DNA of 36,177 nt from Minisyncoccota bacterium (GTDB taxonomy: Bacteria > Patescibacteriota > Minisyncoccia > Phycocordibacterales > UBA9973). The notes below the pieces were generated by a model. That model made no database searches and was not told where the DNA came from. It was given only the letters and a program-made list of their open reading frames with translations. The first letter of the stretch is position 1. Each line of letters starts with the position of its first letter. Location of the stretch: assembly GCA_017992215.1 (NCBI GenBank), contig JAGOOZ010000002.1, forward strand, positions 1-36,177, written 5' to 3'. Shown here in pieces: positions 34,096-36,177 of the stretch. The translations under genes and the position numbers were made by a program.

Positions 34096-34106
34096 TGTTT
34101 TATTTT

Positions 34107-34154
34107 AGCATTTTTGGGGGAGGGGGGTCTGAGTATCTTTTTCGAATCTCACTG
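34107..34154 (+). repeat. truncated copy of the structured-module 5' part; left direct repeat of the 1.9-kb islet
   Basis: GAGTATCTTTTTCGAATCTCACTGATTCTGTACA (34121-34154) matches 36073-36106 at 28 of 34 positions. The upstream GGAGGGGGGTCT resembles GGAGGCGGTGAGACCGC at 36056-36072. Confidence 0.6.
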
Positions 34155-34245
34155 ATTCTGTACATAAATACCATACTCATTTATGTACTCGCCTGAGGCC
34201 TCTTTTATTGGAAATAGAACACCTTGTGGGTAAATTGTAGGAGTC

Positions 34246-34274
34246 TTTACAAATATATATAAATGTGATATAAT
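34246..34274 (+). promoter_or_regulatory. sigma70-type promoter for the 34301 gene
   Basis: TTTACA (34246-34251), 17 nt, TATAAT (34269-34274). Lies 27 nt upstream of the ATG. Confidence 0.5.
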
Positions 34275-34300
34275 AGAAAAAACTTAAAAACATTAACATA

Positions 34301-34963
34301 ATGGAAAAATTAGTGGAATTTTTAGCCCAAAGAGGCTGGACAAACGAAACAGTAAAAACATTGATCGCAAATCCTCACCTCGTTGATGACTTGGATGCCA
34401 AGCTATCAATGATCTCACTAGGACTCAATACATTTGGTCTTAGTAAATCTGATTTAGTAATCACCTTAGAGCCGATTCCTGAATTAATTGTAAACATTCC
34501 GGAGTATTTGGAATTAAAATTTCCTTCTCTTAAAGACAAAAGACAGGGTGGAAATCTTCACCACTTTAATCTTGAAAATCTTCTGAGGGATTACAAGGGT
34601 TATGATATCGGGGCTCGCGATGTGTTACCGATGTCTTTTCATCACTACGAGTCCAAGAGAAAACCAAACTCTTCTGGGGACAATGAATCTTTCAGGGTGT
34701 TGCTTGAACTCTTTGGTTTATACAAAGAGCACAACATCGTTGATGCCCTGACGGTTGCCTCTGATCTAATCAATTCTGGTAAAATTAAGACATTGAAAAG
34801 TGTAGTAATCTACCTGGAAAAGAGGTCGTGTTTGCTGACTCGCTACCTGGAAATTTCTTTCCTTCCCAAGGATCGTCATTTTAATGAAGATCGCATTCTA
34901 ATCGAATATTGGGACACAGGGAACGACCAGAGTCATCCAAGTGATTGTTATGTTGTTTCCTAA
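34301..34963 (+). CDS. orphan hypothetical protein (220 aa)
   Basis: Clean ORF with its own promoter and terminator. No family recognised. Confidence 0.6.
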   Translation: MEKLVEFLAQRGWTNETVKTLIANPHLVDDLDAKLSMISLGLNTFGLSKSDLVITLEPIPELIVNIPEYLELKFPSLKDKRQGGNLHHFNLENLLRDYKGYDIGARDVLPMSFHHYESKRKPNSSGDNESFRVLLELFGLYKEHNIVDALTVASDLINSGKIKTLKSVVIYLEKRSCLLTRYLEISFLPKDRHFNEDRILIEYWDTGNDQSHPSDCYVVS

Positions 34964-34983
34964 TTAAAAAGAACAGTAACACT

Positions 34984-35016
34984 AAAAGACTCATGAAACT
35001 CATGAGTCTTTTTTGT
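34984..35016 (+). terminator. intrinsic terminator
   Basis: AAAAGACTCATG, loop AAACT, CATGAGTCTTTT, then TTTT. Confidence 0.75.
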
Positions 35017-35043
35017 TTCTATTAATGTCTATAACATACGAAA

Positions 35044-35078
35044 TAAAAAATAGCCCGACCAAAGTCGGACTCATTTTT
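35044..35078. terminator. bidirectional terminator-like hairpin serving the minus-strand gene
   Basis: A-tract, AGCCCGAC-CAAA-GTCGGACT (one mismatch), then a T-tract. Confidence 0.55.
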
Positions 35079-35133
35079 ATACTCGCGGGAAGTATGGTAC
35101 GCAGTTGGAACTAGCTTTGCAATAAATTAAAGA

Positions 35134-35829
35134 TTAAATTTCATCCTGTAAGCTATGAAAAGCTTCTTTTGTATGTTTTAAACTTTCCTTTATTAACCAA
35201 ATGGCTGATATATCAGTATCTTCAAATTTAAAATCTACCCACGTTTCAATTATTATTGTTTGCGTATTTGAAGGTACTGGCATTTGTGTGCTGGGATTAA
35301 TTGGCACCCCTCCGATAAATACACCTGAACCAAATCTCACAGCAGAGGGGTCCTAAGAAACAGAACCTCCATTATTGATTTGCACATTTACTCTCTTTGT
35401 TTCTGTTCTTTTCTGGGGAGTTAGTTGGGAATGTTTATTTTCATTATTAATTTTATTGAAAGAACTGAGCCATCTATTTTCTGGTTTTTGATATGGCTGA
35501 ATATTTTCCAAAATACTATAAACCTTTGCAGAGCTTAGACTAAGGTCAGGATATGATTTTCTCATAATTCCCTCAAAAGAACTTTGGTCTGAACCAATAG
35601 GAAAATAGAGCCTATCTTTAGGGTCAGCATTTGGACAGTACTTCTCTACAATATTGTGAGCTAAATAATCTAATATAGAACGAAGATTGCTAAAATAATC
35701 TTTTATATCAATTTTTAAATCACTACTGATTGTCTTATCATGAAGTGATTTATTATATTCTTCAGTAAGTTTTAGTTCTGCTTTTTCCGCTCTTTCTAAA
35801 AGAGCTTCTATATCATCTTTTCTTGTCAT
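35134..35829 (-). pseudogene. orphan 231-codon reading frame interrupted by one in-frame TAG (35353-35355)
   Basis: ORFs 35353..35829 and 35134..35340 are in the same frame. The minus-strand read-through gives ...NNGGSVS*DPSAVRFGSGVFIGG... The downstream part begins only with GTG and has no spacer for its own RBS. Confidence 0.5.
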
Positions 35830-36055
35830 AAATTATGGATGTTGATTAGGAATAATAATATGTTTCTTTGCTTATATAGTACCTATAACCTATAATATCC
35901 TTTGCTCTAGTGAAATTTGGAGTTCCTGTTGCTATTACCTCAACAACTTCATTTTTATCATTCAATAGATGAACTGTAGAGGTGGTTTCATAGTCGCTTT
36001 ACCCCTTGAACTACACTCTCGCAAATTATAATCGCGAAAACGCTCATTAATTTGC

Positions 36056-36177
36056 GGAGGCGGTGAGACCGCGAGTACGCGTTTCGAATCTTACAGATTC
36101 TGTACACCTTTCGTATTTCTTCGAATGATTACATTCTCATAAATATACTCAAGGTTTTCGAATCTCACACAGAAAGC
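36056..36177 (+). repeat. structured module, copy W (runs off the window end)
   Basis: CGGTGAGACCGCGAGTACGC (36061-36080) resembles the minus strand of 27685-27704. CTGTACACCTTTCG is at 36100-36113. AAGGTTTTCGAATCTCACACAGAA at 36151-36174 is collinear with copies L and M. Confidence 0.5.

Noticed and set aside
35080-35088. TACTCGCGG 9-mer inside the islet, matching the conserved GTACTCGCGGTC box of the modules
   Set aside because: It is only 9 nt with no collinear flanking similarity, so it is compatible with chance.
1-36177. Alternative genetic code (UGA recoding, as in some candidate phyla)
   Set aside because: Full-length housekeeping proteins translate without internal stops under the standard code, and TGA terminates at least the 18944..19432 gene. 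The single in-frame TAG at 35353 is a local event.

Overview
This 36.2-kb window comes from a low-GC, compact bacterial chromosome and is centred on the replication origin. rpmH-rnpA-yidD-yidC-jag (minus strand) diverge from dnaA-dnaN (plus strand), with DnaA-box clusters in the flanking spacers. Most of the rest is housekeeping: PBP1A, tyrS, ruvB-ruvC, a PilB-type ATPase next to two secreted proteins, tsaE, polA, a holA-like gene, a SpoU methyltransferase, fpg, ruvA, rpsT, an archaeal-type aspS behind a T-box leader, and malic enzyme. There are also many small membrane or secreted hypotheticals. The standard code applies (TGA, TAA and TAG all end full-length genes). Gene content and style suggest an uncultivated small-genome lineage (CPR/Patescibacteria-like), but that is inference only. 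The unusual content is mostly non-coding. (i) Two copies of a 118-138 bp inverted-repeat element, each flanked by ATGAT duplications, sit exactly on the start codons of holA and ruvA. (ii) A structured module recurs at about 20.5, 27.6 and 36.1 kb, with a fragment at 34.1 kb. Its variable segment copies the T-arm of the neighbouring tRNA (Lys, Arg), and it is associated with duplicated tRNA 3' ends. (iii) A large serine recombinase lies next to tRNA-Arg. It may delimit a 3.4-kb unit that contains the T-box-regulated aspS. (iv) A 1.9-kb islet is flanked by 34-bp direct repeats and carries orphan genes, one of them split by a single in-frame TAG. No rRNA genes and no CRISPR arrays were seen.
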